Assembly: GCA_035480035.1 (NCBI GenBank)
Contig: DATIID010000001.1
Span: 137,323 to 201,322, forward strand
Direction of reading: 5' to 3'
DNA length: 64,000 nucleotides
Source of the DNA: Candidatus Saccharimonadales bacterium
GTDB taxonomy: Bacteria > Patescibacteriota > Saccharimonadia > Saccharimonadales > OMJO01
In this document: one piece after another, positions 9,305 to 18,615 of the stretch
How positions within the stretch are numbered: position 1 is the first letter of the stretch
Layout: the number at the start of each line of letters is the position of its first letter
Notes under the pieces: generated by a model
Seen by the model: the letters and a program-made list of their open reading frames with translations, nothing else
Database searches by the model: none
What the model was told of the DNA's origin: nothing
Made by a program: the position numbers and the translations under genes

Positions 9305-10449
9305 GTATTTAGCTGATTAGCTCGGGTAAATTCTGATTTGGCGACGTTCCAAAGCGATGGATCATGGGCTTTTTCCTTACGCCAATACCACCATTCCACA
9401 CCCCAAGCGTCAATTGTTCTAAGACCAGTATCTTCAGCGTAACGAAAGCGTTTTTGTAGACGATCGGCATTCATTGATTTATTCTGCTCAGGGATTGACG
9501 CAATATCGTTCATGGCAAAACCATTCGGCAACCAGGGTTCCATCTGTAGTTCATGAATGACCAGTGGCTTACCGTGGATCAACTCACCCAATCCACCCAA
9601 GAAACCATAAAACCACGGCGGATATGGATATTCAAAGTAACGATGCATCACCGTATAATCAAACACTCGTTTATAGACAGCTACCGCGTAAATATCCGGC
9701 GTTGGCTCGCCAATTGGCACACCGCCCCAGTTATTACTACGAGTTACCACGATTGGTTTGGTTGGATCCAGTCGTCTGACCAAATTGTATTCGGTCACCA
9801 ACCGGTTGCGATCAAAATTAGTACATTCGCCAAAAATGGTCATGAAAAATTCGTTTTCGACCTGATAACTAATCAGGGCTGGACTGTTTTTATAGCGCTC
9901 AACCACTGCGGTCATAAAACTCCTTAGTTGGGGATACCATACCGATTCTGGTTCGCTGGCTGCCCAAGTCGGCATATGACATTCTGGCCAACGGGGTTGC
10001 CTAAGGCCAACCGCCAAATCAACTTTGGCACCAGCGGCTTCGGCTTTGGTAAATTGCCAGTCGAGTTGGCTAAAATCATAAGTACCAGGTGTTTTCTCGA
10101 TGTCGTCCCAATAACTGACTAAACGAAAACGTCGAACACCCAATTCATCAATAATGGCCTGCATGGTTTGTTTGGGGTCAAGACCAAAAAAAGCCGCATA
10201 ACGCGGAATAAATGTCACGCCAAGAGTTAGCGGTTCGTGACGATGCCTTTGGAGGTACCAATATGAAATGCCGTAACTGCCACTAACTAAAATCGTTACG
10301 ATAACCATCAGAATAATAACTAAGCGCTGCCACAAACTACGACGCCACCAGTCCCACAGATTAATCGATGAAGAATAAAACTTTGATTGAACCACCCGAT
10401 GTTTGATGGTGTTATTAACAGATTTGGCGTTTCGTTTGGTTTGAGGCAT
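9277..10449 (-). CDS. membrane-anchored glycoside hydrolase, clan GH-A TIM barrel (GH5/GH42-like)
   Basis: N-terminal TM, W..IE..PGTYDF..LD pattern, and acid/base-type YQVENEFF motif. Confidence 0.5.
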   Translation of the reverse strand: MPQTKRNAKSVNNTIKHRVVQSKFYSSSINLWDWWRRSLWQRLVIILMVIVTILVSGSYGISYWYLQRHRHEPLTLGVTFIPRYAAFFGLDPKQTMQAIIDELGVRRFRLVSYWDDIEKTPGTYDFSQLDWQFTKAEAAGAKVDLAVGLRQPRWPECHMPTWAASEPESVWYPQLRSFMTAVVERYKNSPALISYQVENEFFMTIFGECTNFDRNRLVTEYNLVRRLDPTKPIVVTRSNNWGGVPIGEPTPDIYAVAVYKRVFDYTVMHRYFEYPYPPWFYGFLGGLGELIHGKPLVIHELQMEPWLPNGFAMNDIASIPEQNKSMNADRLQKRFRYAEDTGLRTIDAWGVEWWYWRKEKAHDPSLWNVAKSEFTRANQLNTQAATSEAK

Positions 10450-10466
10450 TTGGTAAAATTAATCCA

Positions 10467-11312
10467 GTGACACAAAAAGCATTAACATTATCGTTGATTA
10501 TACCGGCTTACAATGAAGAAAACCATTTAAAAGCCTGTTTAGAAGCAATCGCTAATCAAATCGTTCTACCAGATGAAGTTATTGTCGTGGACAATAACTC
10601 AACCGATAAAACCGCTCAGATCGCCCGACAATTCCCTTTTGTAAAGTTTCTCAAGGAGCATCAGCAAGGCTTATATTTTGCCCGCCAGCGTGGCCTGAAT
10701 GCTGCTACAAGTGAGATTCTCGGTCGGATTGATGCTGACACGATTATTGATGAAAATTGGACCCAGGCTGTTATTTCAGCGTTTCAAAACCCGACTATCT
10801 CTGCTGTCAGTGGTCCGGTTGGTTATCATGATATGCCGTTCCCGCAATTTACTCGTGGTGTCGAGGACATTTTTCTGAGATTGGCTAAAGCTGGACATTA
10901 CCACTTTCTGATGGGTGCCAATATGGCGATTCGGAGTTCGACGTGGCAGTTAATTAAAAATGATCTCTGTAACAAACCGTTTATCTTCGAAGACATTGAT
11001 CTTGCCATTCATCTGACCAGCCATCACTTTTTACCAACCTATGTAACGCAAATGATGGCGCATGTGTCATCCAGGCGGCTTCAAGATCGGCCAAACGACT
11101 TTTTGCGTTATATCGGTGGCCATTCTCGTACCCTTGAGTATCATTATTTAACGACACCGCCTGGTGTTCATTTGTCAGAAACAGCTCTAGCGGCCACTTA
11201 TTTCCTAATAAAACCTTTGCACATGGCCTTTGATCCGAAATTACGGCGACCAAGTCTGGCTTATCTACTTGAAAGCCGTCAGGCTCGACCTGATCCAATG
11301 ATGGTTAGTTAG
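10467..11312 (+). CDS. glycosyltransferase family 2
   Basis: LSLIIPAYNE...VVDNNSTDKT...RIDADT. GTG start lies 7 nt after TGgTAAAAT (10451-10459). Confidence 0.75.
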   Translation: MTQKALTLSLIIPAYNEENHLKACLEAIANQIVLPDEVIVVDNNSTDKTAQIARQFPFVKFLKEHQQGLYFARQRGLNAATSEILGRIDADTIIDENWTQAVISAFQNPTISAVSGPVGYHDMPFPQFTRGVEDIFLRLAKAGHYHFLMGANMAIRSSTWQLIKNDLCNKPFIFEDIDLAIHLTSHHFLPTYVTQMMAHVSSRRLQDRPNDFLRYIGGHSRTLEYHYLTTPPGVHLSETALAATYFLIKPLHMAFDPKLRRPSLAYLLESRQARPDPMMVS

Positions 11313-11883
11313 CGTTATTTGAAGTGTAACCACCGTATTGATTTTTGGTTGGTTGACAGTTATGCCAAAGTCCGCGGTTTTGTTGGCGAGCAGTGGTTTG
11401 AGCGGCCAGGAATTGATCGGATTTAGTAAATGGAAAACTGGTGTAAGCAAAACCGTAACCTTGTTTAATGATCTCGAGATTTACTAATGTGCCATTGGGC
11501 AAATAAATATAACGAAGCAACCGATTATAACGGTCTCGATTCGACGATAATGGGTCTGATTCTAGCCGCACGGAGTTACTACCAATTAATTGTTTAGTGA
11601 AGCTGGCCGCAGCTTGACCAAAACATTGGACAGCTTTACGCGGATCATGGGTCTCTGGAGTATCAACACCAATAAACCGGATTTTCTCGCGTGTACCATT
11701 CATATTAACATCGATGGTATCGCCATCATCAAAATGAACCACCGAGTACAAACCGGGCTGCGATTTCTCTAATACTTGTGCCGGTGCTTTAGTCCAACCA
11801 TAATGTTGAGCCAGCAACAGCCCTAATCCAATAATTAATGCTACAAGGCCGCTGGCATGACGACGTTTCAATGAACGTTTCAT
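11305..11883 (-). CDS. thermonuclease (staphylococcal nuclease homologue), membrane-anchored
   Basis: DGDTIDV...IRFIGVDTPE...NRLLRYIYL...GYG pattern of the SNase fold. Confidence 0.8.
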   Translation of the reverse strand: MKRSLKRRHASGLVALIIGLGLLLAQHYGWTKAPAQVLEKSQPGLYSVVHFDDGDTIDVNMNGTREKIRFIGVDTPETHDPRKAVQCFGQAAASFTKQLIGSNSVRLESDPLSSNRDRYNRLLRYIYLPNGTLVNLEIIKQGYGFAYTSFPFTKSDQFLAAQTTARQQNRGLWHNCQPTKNQYGGYTSNNAN

Positions 11884-12453
11884 CTAGTAATCAATACCCT
11901 TATTGGCTAAATATTTATCGTCAAAATGATGCTTTAGCTTGGTCATATCGGTAGCGATATCAACCTTATTAAGGAGTTTCTTGGGGAAATTACGCCCTGT
12001 TAAGCAAAGACTCGTCTTGACTGACTTGTTGTTGATTAAATCACTGAGTTGTTGCTCAGTAATCAAACTATCGTGCACGGCATTATTGATCTCGTCGCAT
12101 ATCACCAAGTCGTATTTGCCGCTAGTTACACAATTGAGTGCTTTGTTATAAGTATCCAACGCTGCTTGATGATGCTGGGCTTCAGTTATGTGTTTATCAC
12201 TTAAATCACCGGCCTTATAGAAACCCTTGCCACCTTTGTAAAAATATAGCTGGTCTTTGAAGGTTGGCAAGATATCACGGATAAACACATGTTCACCAAC
12301 GCCCCAATATTTGATGAACTGGATAAAGGCCACTTTATGGCGGTTACCGAGTGCTCGCACCATTAGACCAAGGCTGGCACTAGTTTTGCCCTTCCCTTCG
12401 CCAGTATAGACAATTACCACTGACGGCTTGTTTTTATAATCCTCAAACGCCAT
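11884..12453 (-). CDS. cobO: cob(I)yrinic acid a,c-diamide adenosyltransferase (CobA/CobO/BtuR type)
   Basis: VYTGEGKGKTSASLGLMVRALG...VAFIQFIK...VICDEIN...LTGR...KGIDY, collinear with Salmonella CobA including the C-terminal GIDY. Confidence 0.85.
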   Translation of the reverse strand: MAFEDYKNKPSVVIVYTGEGKGKTSASLGLMVRALGNRHKVAFIQFIKYWGVGEHVFIRDILPTFKDQLYFYKGGKGFYKAGDLSDKHITEAQHHQAALDTYNKALNCVTSGKYDLVICDEINNAVHDSLITEQQLSDLINNKSVKTSLCLTGRNFPKKLLNKVDIATDMTKLKHHFDDKYLANKGIDY

Positions 12454-12499
12454 AACTATAGGTTAGTATAGCTTAATGACCATGGCTGATTGGTTAAAT

Positions 12500-12949
12500 T
12501 TAAATCGTGGCTTCTTCTAAGGAGTTAACATCAGCCATCATCATTATCATACGACTTACCCTAACTCTTTGAGTATATTGATTGGCATTAACCGACTTCT
12601 TCCACTGCTCACGGACATCTTTAAAAGTTATGTCTTGATCGATTTTGGCTTCGGTTGAGTCGTCAAAGTTCACAAAAGGAAAAATATCCGGTTGGTCTGG
12701 GTCATAAGCTTGTTGCCACTTTTTTTCGGCAGCGACCATAACTTCTTGTTCAAAAACTGGCGCGGGTTTGTTATCAGAGTCACGAATCACCTCGTCAACA
12801 GCTAAAGGACCTAGCACCGATACATGTCTCATTAATGCCTGATGCATCAATTCTGTATTTTCATAGATGGCTGACTGGAGATTTTCCAAAGCTTGAGCAC
12901 GCTCAGGCCGCAAGTCATTGATGATAAAATGTGGTCGATTTCTCTCCAT
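12500..12949 (-). CDS. hypothetical acidic protein
   Basis: 149 aa with no TM. Strong GGGAGGTGG SD 5 nt upstream. No family recognised. Confidence 0.4.
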   Translation of the reverse strand: MERNRPHFIINDLRPERAQALENLQSAIYENTELMHQALMRHVSVLGPLAVDEVIRDSDNKPAPVFEQEVMVAAEKKWQQAYDPDQPDIFPFVNFDDSTEAKIDQDITFKDVREQWKKSVNANQYTQRVRVSRMIMMMADVNSLEEATI

Positions 12950-12969
12950 AAAGCCACCTCCCTTACACC

Positions 12970-12999
12970 GTTATAATAACACACATAGTGTAATGTCAA
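12970..12999 (-). promoter_or_regulatory. sigma70-like promoter for 12500..12949
   Basis: TTGACA (12999-12994), N18, TATAAC (12975-12970), followed by an SD-containing leader. Confidence 0.45.
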
Positions 13000-13007
13000 C
13001 AATAACT

Positions 13008-13250
13008 TTATTTAACCAGTTTTTTGTCGCGGAGTAAAAGATCTATTTGAGGTCTGTTAAAGCCAATCACAATGGTTCCGTCAATATCAATCACCGGCAC
13101 TCCCATTTGGCCGGATTTGGCCACCGCTTCATGTGCGGCTTGGAGATCTTCTTCGACGTTAACATCACGATATTTAACACCAAGTTTATCGAAGTAAGCT
13201 TTAGCCATATGGCAAAAGCCACACCAAGTAGTTGAATAGACGGTTATCAT
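13008..13250 (-). CDS. glutaredoxin-like protein (NrdH/YruB type)
   Basis: VYSTTWCGFCHMAKAYF (CxxC) ...GVPVIDIDG, 80 aa. Confidence 0.75.
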   Translation of the reverse strand: MITVYSTTWCGFCHMAKAYFDKLGVKYRDVNVEEDLQAAHEAVAKSGQMGVPVIDIDGTIVIGFNRPQIDLLLRDKKLVK

Positions 13251-13257
13251 AGGTGTT

Positions 13258-13279
13258 AGTATAGCAGATTTGCTATACT
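13258..13279. promoter_or_regulatory. back-to-back extended -10 promoters in a 35-bp intergenic gap
   Basis: Minus strand: TGcTATACT (13266-13258), 7 nt, ATG 13250. Plus strand: TGcTATACT (13271-13279), 6 nt, ATG 13286. No SD on either side. Confidence 0.5.
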
Positions 13280-13285
13280 GGCGGC

Positions 13286-13936
13286 ATGACTGATGATGAA
13301 GTTAAGACGCGTCGATTGCCAAAGTTAAACTGGTGGTTTGGGCTAATTACGTTTTTACTAGGTATTATCTGCTTCATTGCTTTCCGCTTTGCGACTTTTA
13401 AGAGTGACAATGTCCATTATCACGCTAATTTTGCTCTCTATATCAATGACCAACGCGATGAATTTAAGAACTTCACCTTTTATGAAGAGGTTGCAGCTTG
13501 TACAAGTAATAACTTAGATAACCCTAAAACTCGGGTCCACATGCACGATCAAAACAATGGTTTGGTCCATGTGCATGCCCACACGGTAACCTGGGCTCAA
13601 TTTTTTGATAACCTGGGCTACGTGTTGGGCGACAAGCTTGTTGAAACCGATAACGGCGTTTATGTTGATGGTCAAAACAGCGAGCAACTAACTTTTGTGT
13701 TAAACGGTCAAAAAATCACAGATGTAGCCAATCGGGTGATTAGGAGCGAAGATCGACTGCTGATTAATTATGGTCGTGATGACAGCAGCACTATTACCAA
13801 ACACTACGATAGCGTGCCAACTGATGCTCACCGAGCAAACACCGAAAGCGATCCAGCCACCTGTAGTGGTTCAACCAAATTGACAACTTGGGAGCGGCTA
13901 AAAGAGTCCGCGGGCTTTAGTCCAACTTCACACTAA
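13286..13936 (+). CDS. membrane-anchored hypothetical protein with His clusters
   Basis: One N-terminal TM. HYHANF and VHMHDQNNGLVHVHAH motifs. No family named with confidence. Confidence 0.4.
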   Translation: MTDDEVKTRRLPKLNWWFGLITFLLGIICFIAFRFATFKSDNVHYHANFALYINDQRDEFKNFTFYEEVAACTSNNLDNPKTRVHMHDQNNGLVHVHAHTVTWAQFFDNLGYVLGDKLVETDNGVYVDGQNSEQLTFVLNGQKITDVANRVIRSEDRLLINYGRDDSSTITKHYDSVPTDAHRANTESDPATCSGSTKLTTWERLKESAGFSPTSH

Positions 13937-14924
13937 GTCGGTTTTGATAGGTCTTGGCGACTAGGTTTGTCATTGACCAGCGAAAATAAGTATCGGGCAA
14001 ATCAGCTAGATTACTCCTAGTCTTGAGTTTGGCTGAAGCGGCTTGATTATAGTATTTGATAAGATCTAGCGAACCATTTATAGCACCGCTATCAAAAAGT
14101 AGTTCGATGATGCGAGAATTAGATTTTCGGGCATCGCTTTTTAATAAAGCTCTAAGAGTTGGTGCTTGCTTGGATTTGAGAGCCAGTAATAATGGCATAG
14201 TGTAAACACCTTCGCTAATATCATTGCCGACTGGTTTGCCGATTAACTGTGGTGTTGACAGTAGGTCAAGCAAATCGTCAATTGACTGGAAAGCCATACC
14301 GAAATTATCGCCGAAAGCCCCGTAATTATTAATTTGGGCCGGGCTTAAACCACCGCAGATTGCGCCTAATCGACAAGCGGTTTCAAATAAAGCGGCAGTT
14401 TTACCACTATGTGCTAGAGCCAGCGAGCGCGTTGTTCGATTTAGATTGTGTTCATCGCCGATTTCGCGACTTTGGCCATCACACAAGCTAATCATTGCTT
14501 GACCAATTAATCCAGCGGCCGTTTGGTTAATTTGGGCTGCCCGACTGAAGGCCAATCCAAATAAATAATCGCCGATCAAAATGGCATGGTTATCACCTTC
14601 ACGACCATTGATGGTCGGCTTACCCCAACGCATCATAGCGTGATCCATGATGTCGTCATGGATCAAACTAGCAATATGTAATAACTCAATCGCAACGCAA
14701 CCGTCTATAACTGTTCTATTTATGGCTTTATTATGACTGCGTACGATAGCTAACAACAAAGCTGGTCTCAAACGTTTGCTATGTGCCTTGAGCAAACGTT
14801 TGACTGGTTGACGGATGTAGGGGTTATTGGTAAGAATTGAAACTTCGAGCTGATGCTCAACTCGATTGATATAACTATCTAATTTGGGCAAGCCCAACAC
14901 GGCTGCCATGTCTAGCTTCTTCAT
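13917..14924 (-). CDS. polyprenyl diphosphate synthase (trans-IPPS)
   Basis: First Asp-rich motif LIHDDIMD and second motif SIDDLLD, 335 aa. Confidence 0.85.
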   Translation of the reverse strand: MKKLDMAAVLGLPKLDSYINRVEHQLEVSILTNNPYIRQPVKRLLKAHSKRLRPALLLAIVRSHNKAINRTVIDGCVAIELLHIASLIHDDIMDHAMMRWGKPTINGREGDNHAILIGDYLFGLAFSRAAQINQTAAGLIGQAMISLCDGQSREIGDEHNLNRTTRSLALAHSGKTAALFETACRLGAICGGLSPAQINNYGAFGDNFGMAFQSIDDLLDLLSTPQLIGKPVGNDISEGVYTMPLLLALKSKQAPTLRALLKSDARKSNSRIIELLFDSGAINGSLDLIKYYNQAASAKLKTRSNLADLPDTYFRWSMTNLVAKTYQNRLSVKLD

Positions 14925-15032
14925 CGAGCTTAATTATACATTGCCTCTGACAGTTATCCTTAAGATGTCCGAAGTCAGCATAGTATAGTTACCTAATAAT
15001 AGTTGTATGTATATAATGGTAACGAAGTGCTT

Positions 15033-15929
15033 ATGACTAAACGCAAAAATAAGCTTAACCAGGGATGGCTCGTACTAATAATTATTTTGGGCCTAATTGA
15101 CTTCGGCTTGCTCATCAGAAAATTACTGCATGGCCATAACGTCGGGTTGTTTAATCCCAAAGGACGGATTGCCGAGCAACAACATAGCTTAATGATCTAC
15201 GTCGCAGTCGTTATGCTCATAATTGCTATACCCTCAGTTCTGCTACTTTACTTCATTGCTTGGAAATACCGGGAATCCAACACCAAAGCCACCTACGATC
15301 CTGATATGCGCCGTAGTAGATGGTTTGATTTTAGCGCATGGGCGGTCCCCACGGTATTTATGTTGTTGCTAGCCTCTGCGATGATCCCTGCTAGTCATAG
15401 GCTTCAGCCACGAAAACTAATCGCTTCTGACGCTAAACCCCTGACTATCCAAGTAATATCAATGCGTTGGAAATGGTTATTTATATATCCCGATCAAAAA
15501 ATTGCGACGATCAATTTCGTTCAGCTTCCTTTAAATACACCAGTAACATTTGAGATGACGGCTGACGAAACACCAATGAGTTCATTTTGGATTCCGAATC
15601 TCGGCGGTCAACTGTATACCATGACTAGTCATGTTAATCGGCTAAATCTGATAGCTAATACACCTGGCGATTATCCAGGTAGTTCAGCCGAGCTAAATGG
15701 AGCTGGCTTTGCCGGGATGAAATTTACGGCTCGCGCTAGTTCTATGGAAAATTTTGATAATTGGGTGCAATCAGTAAAGCAGTCTCCAGAAGTTCTCGAT
15801 GCTACTGGATACCAGAGTTTATTGAAACCCAGTGAATATAACCCGGCCTCCTTTTACTCGGCAGTTGAGCCCAATCTATATACTTATGTAATAAGCAAAT
15901 ACGAAGGGCCCGGAGGACATAAGCACTAA
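15033..15929 (+). CDS. cyoA: cytochrome o-type quinol oxidase subunit II
   Basis: Two N-terminal TMs plus a cupredoxin domain lacking CuA ligands (SAELNGAGFAGMKF, compare E. coli CyoA SASYSGPGFSGMKF). I use ATG 15033 instead of the track's TTG at 15003. Confidence 0.85.
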   Translation: MTKRKNKLNQGWLVLIIILGLIDFGLLIRKLLHGHNVGLFNPKGRIAEQQHSLMIYVAVVMLIIAIPSVLLLYFIAWKYRESNTKATYDPDMRRSRWFDFSAWAVPTVFMLLLASAMIPASHRLQPRKLIASDAKPLTIQVISMRWKWLFIYPDQKIATINFVQLPLNTPVTFEMTADETPMSSFWIPNLGGQLYTMTSHVNRLNLIANTPGDYPGSSAELNGAGFAGMKFTARASSMENFDNWVQSVKQSPEVLDATGYQSLLKPSEYNPASFYSAVEPNLYTYVISKYEGPGGHKH

Positions 15930-15931
15930 AG

Positions 15932-18022
15932 ATGAAAGAATTACTCTTGGGTAAGTTGAATTTGGAAGCGCTACCACACGAATGGTTTACCATCGGTGGA
16001 TCGTTAGCTTTTTTCACACTGGCTTTATTTGCCGCTCTGGTAGTTACCCGAACCAAGGGTTGGAAGTGGCTCTGGAAAGAATGGCTGACTTCGGTTGACC
16101 CTAAGAAGATTGGCATTATGTACTTTCTAGTTGGTGGTTTTATGCTACTGCGAGGTGGGCTAGACGCAATTATGATCTGGCTGCAGCAGGCCATATCAGT
16201 CGGTGGATCGCATGGCTATCTCTCAGCTGATCATTTTCAACAGATTTTTACAGCCCACGGCAATATCATGGTTTTCTTTGTGGCCATGGCCTTCGTTTTT
16301 GGGTTTATCAACTACATTGTACCGTTACAAATCGGTGCTCGTGATCTGGCATCACCGTTTTTGAATTCGCTGGGATTTTGGCTGTTTGTCGGCGGTGTGG
16401 TAATGGTGAATATGTTTTTCCTACTTGGTGGGCAATACGCGGCGACGGGGTGGCTGGCGGTACAACCATTAGCCGCCAAGGCGTTTAGCCCAGGCGTCGG
16501 GGTGGATTATTGGATATGGAGTCTGCAGATTTCTGGGGTCGGTACGACACTTGGTGCCATAAACTTTATAATGACGATTCTAAAAATGCGGGCTCCGGGA
16601 ATGACCTTGAGCAAGATGCCAATGTTTACTTGGGGATCGCTGTGCAGCATGATTATGGCGGTAACCGTGTTCCCATTACTTACTGCCACACTATTCTTGG
16701 TGTTTTTTGATCGATATTTGGGCACACATTTCTTTACCACTGGTGCCGGTGGTGACCCGATGATGTATACCAATCTTATCTGGATGTGGGGACACCCGGA
16801 AGTGTACATCTTAATGCTGCCGTCCTTCGGTATATTTTCAGAAGTAGTCTCGACGTATAGTCGTAAGGCTATAGCTAGTTATTGGACAAACGTACTCGGT
16901 ATGATCGGTGTCTCAGCATTAGCACTTTCGGTCTGGCTTCACCACTTCTTTACTATGGGTGCCAGTGCTGACGTAAACGCATTCTTTGGTGTTATGACAA
17001 TGATAATTGCCATTCCAACGTCGGTATTGGTGTTTACTTGGATTGCCACAATGTATAAAGGGCGGATACGGTTTGATACGCCAATGCTGTGGTTCCTTGG
17101 CTTTATTGCTATCTTTGCCATCGGCGGAATGGCTGGAGTTATGTTGGCGGTGCCACCAGTTGACTTCCAACTCCACAATAGCCTGTTCCTAGTGGCCCAC
17201 TTCCATTCTATGGTCATAGGTGGCGTACTGTTTGGTGTTTTCTGCGGAATAAACTACTGGTTTCCAAAGATTACCGGGCTAAAATTAAACGAACGACTCG
17301 GACGGTATGCATTTTGGTGCTGGATGGTTGGCTTCTGTCTGTCATTTATCCCAATGTACGTGCTAGGACTTATGGGAGCGACCAGACGGCTTGATCATTA
17401 CGACGCTTCCACCGGCTGGCAGCCACTGTTTATCCTTATGTTTATAGGTGGGATTGTCATCGCGATTGGTACAGCCATGCAGCTGGCCCAGATTCTCGCC
17501 ACGGTTATTCAAAAGAGACAACTGCGTGACACAACCGGCGATCCTTGGGATGGACGAACTCTGGAATGGGCTACGGCTTCACCGCCACAGTTTTACAATT
17601 TCACAGTTATTCCGCATGTTAAAACCCGTGATGCTTATTTTGAAATGAAACGTCAAGGTTTGCTAAAACCCGCCTATGAAGATATCCATATTCCCAAGCA
17701 TACGGCGGCTGGTATTTATATTGCTGGCTTTGCCTTCTTGGCGGGCTTTGCCTTTGTTTGGGAAATTGTCTGGCTGGCGGTAGCATCAATAATCGGTATT
17801 ATCATAGTCTTTGTTATTCGGGCGTTCAACGAAGATATTGAGTATACCGTATCAGCGGCCGAAGTGCGTCAACTTGAGGAGGCTAGGCACAAGAAAACCA
17901 CTGAGGTTAGTCGTAAAGAGACTGACGATACCGATGAAGACATGGGTCTATTTGAACTAATAAAGGTTGCCTTTGCCTTTGCTATGGATGTAATCAGGAA
18001 AAAACGGTGGCGCAAATGGTAA
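15932..18022 (+). CDS. cyoB: cytochrome o-type quinol oxidase subunit I
   Basis: Heme-copper oxidase subunit I signatures (WMWGHPEVYILMLP, HHFFTMG, VAHFH). 696 aa with a charged C-terminal extension. Confidence 0.9.
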   Translation: MKELLLGKLNLEALPHEWFTIGGSLAFFTLALFAALVVTRTKGWKWLWKEWLTSVDPKKIGIMYFLVGGFMLLRGGLDAIMIWLQQAISVGGSHGYLSADHFQQIFTAHGNIMVFFVAMAFVFGFINYIVPLQIGARDLASPFLNSLGFWLFVGGVVMVNMFFLLGGQYAATGWLAVQPLAAKAFSPGVGVDYWIWSLQISGVGTTLGAINFIMTILKMRAPGMTLSKMPMFTWGSLCSMIMAVTVFPLLTATLFLVFFDRYLGTHFFTTGAGGDPMMYTNLIWMWGHPEVYILMLPSFGIFSEVVSTYSRKAIASYWTNVLGMIGVSALALSVWLHHFFTMGASADVNAFFGVMTMIIAIPTSVLVFTWIATMYKGRIRFDTPMLWFLGFIAIFAIGGMAGVMLAVPPVDFQLHNSLFLVAHFHSMVIGGVLFGVFCGINYWFPKITGLKLNERLGRYAFWCWMVGFCLSFIPMYVLGLMGATRRLDHYDASTGWQPLFILMFIGGIVIAIGTAMQLAQILATVIQKRQLRDTTGDPWDGRTLEWATASPPQFYNFTVIPHVKTRDAYFEMKRQGLLKPAYEDIHIPKHTAAGIYIAGFAFLAGFAFVWEIVWLAVASIIGIIIVFVIRAFNEDIEYTVSAAEVRQLEEARHKKTTEVSRKETDDTDEDMGLFELIKVAFAFAMDVIRKKRWRKW

Positions 18023-18615
18023 CACACGAAATAAGTGTTAACGAAAAACACGAAGCTGAGTATAACGATAGAATTATGTTCGGTTTCTGGGTTTATTTGA
18101 TGACTGATCTCTTAATGTTTTCGGTCCTATTTTCGGTCTTTGCGGTGTTACATGACTCTACATTCGGTGGCGAGTCGGGCCACCAGTTGTTCAGCTTGCC
18201 GTTTGTATTAACCGAAACTTTGATTTTGCTAACTAGTAGTTTTACGGTCGGCATTGGCATGATAGCGGCACGGCGCAGCCAGCAGCTCCAGACAATCATC
18301 TGGTTCGGCATAACGTTCCTGCTAGGTGTAGCGTTTTTGACGATGGAGCTAACTGAATTTGTAGCGCTTTTCAGGGAAGGTCACACCTTACAAAGTAACG
18401 CTTTCTTGTCCTCGTTCTTTGTGTTGGTGGGTACACACGGATTACACATAACATCGGGATTACTTTGGATGTTGATTACAATGATTTTTGTAGTGAAGCG
18501 AGGACTTAACCCGCACCTAGTTCGAAAATTGACCATGCTTAGTCTGTTTTGGCACTTTCTAGATATCGTGTGGATCTTTATCTTTACTATTGTGTATTTG
18601 AGGGCTTTCGTATGA
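18007..18615 (+). CDS. cyoC: cytochrome o-type quinol oxidase subunit III
   Basis: Five-TM subunit III pattern (FWVYLMTD...VGTHGLHITSG...LFWHFLDIVW). Confidence 0.85.
   Translation: MAQMVTHEISVNEKHEAEYNDRIMFGFWVYLMTDLLMFSVLFSVFAVLHDSTFGGESGHQLFSLPFVLTETLILLTSSFTVGIGMIAARRSQQLQTIIWFGITFLLGVAFLTMELTEFVALFREGHTLQSNAFLSSFFVLVGTHGLHITSGLLWMLITMIFVVKRGLNPHLVRKLTMLSLFWHFLDIVWIFIFTIVYLRAFV

Noticed and set aside
15003-15032. TTG start of cyoA, the 18549 start of cyoD and the 20186 TTG start of the small membrane ORF
   Set aside because: Downstream ATGs (15033, 18612, 20201) give products that match family N-termini and avoid long overlaps with upstream genes or promoter elements.
15802-18311. Multiple 60-130 aa antisense or off-frame ORFs inside cyoA/B/C. 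Similar ones lie inside atpA, atpD, atpF, xth, the HAD gene and elsewhere.
   Set aside because: They are embedded in strongly conserved genes on the other strand or frame. They have low-complexity or odd composition, as shadow ORFs typically do.
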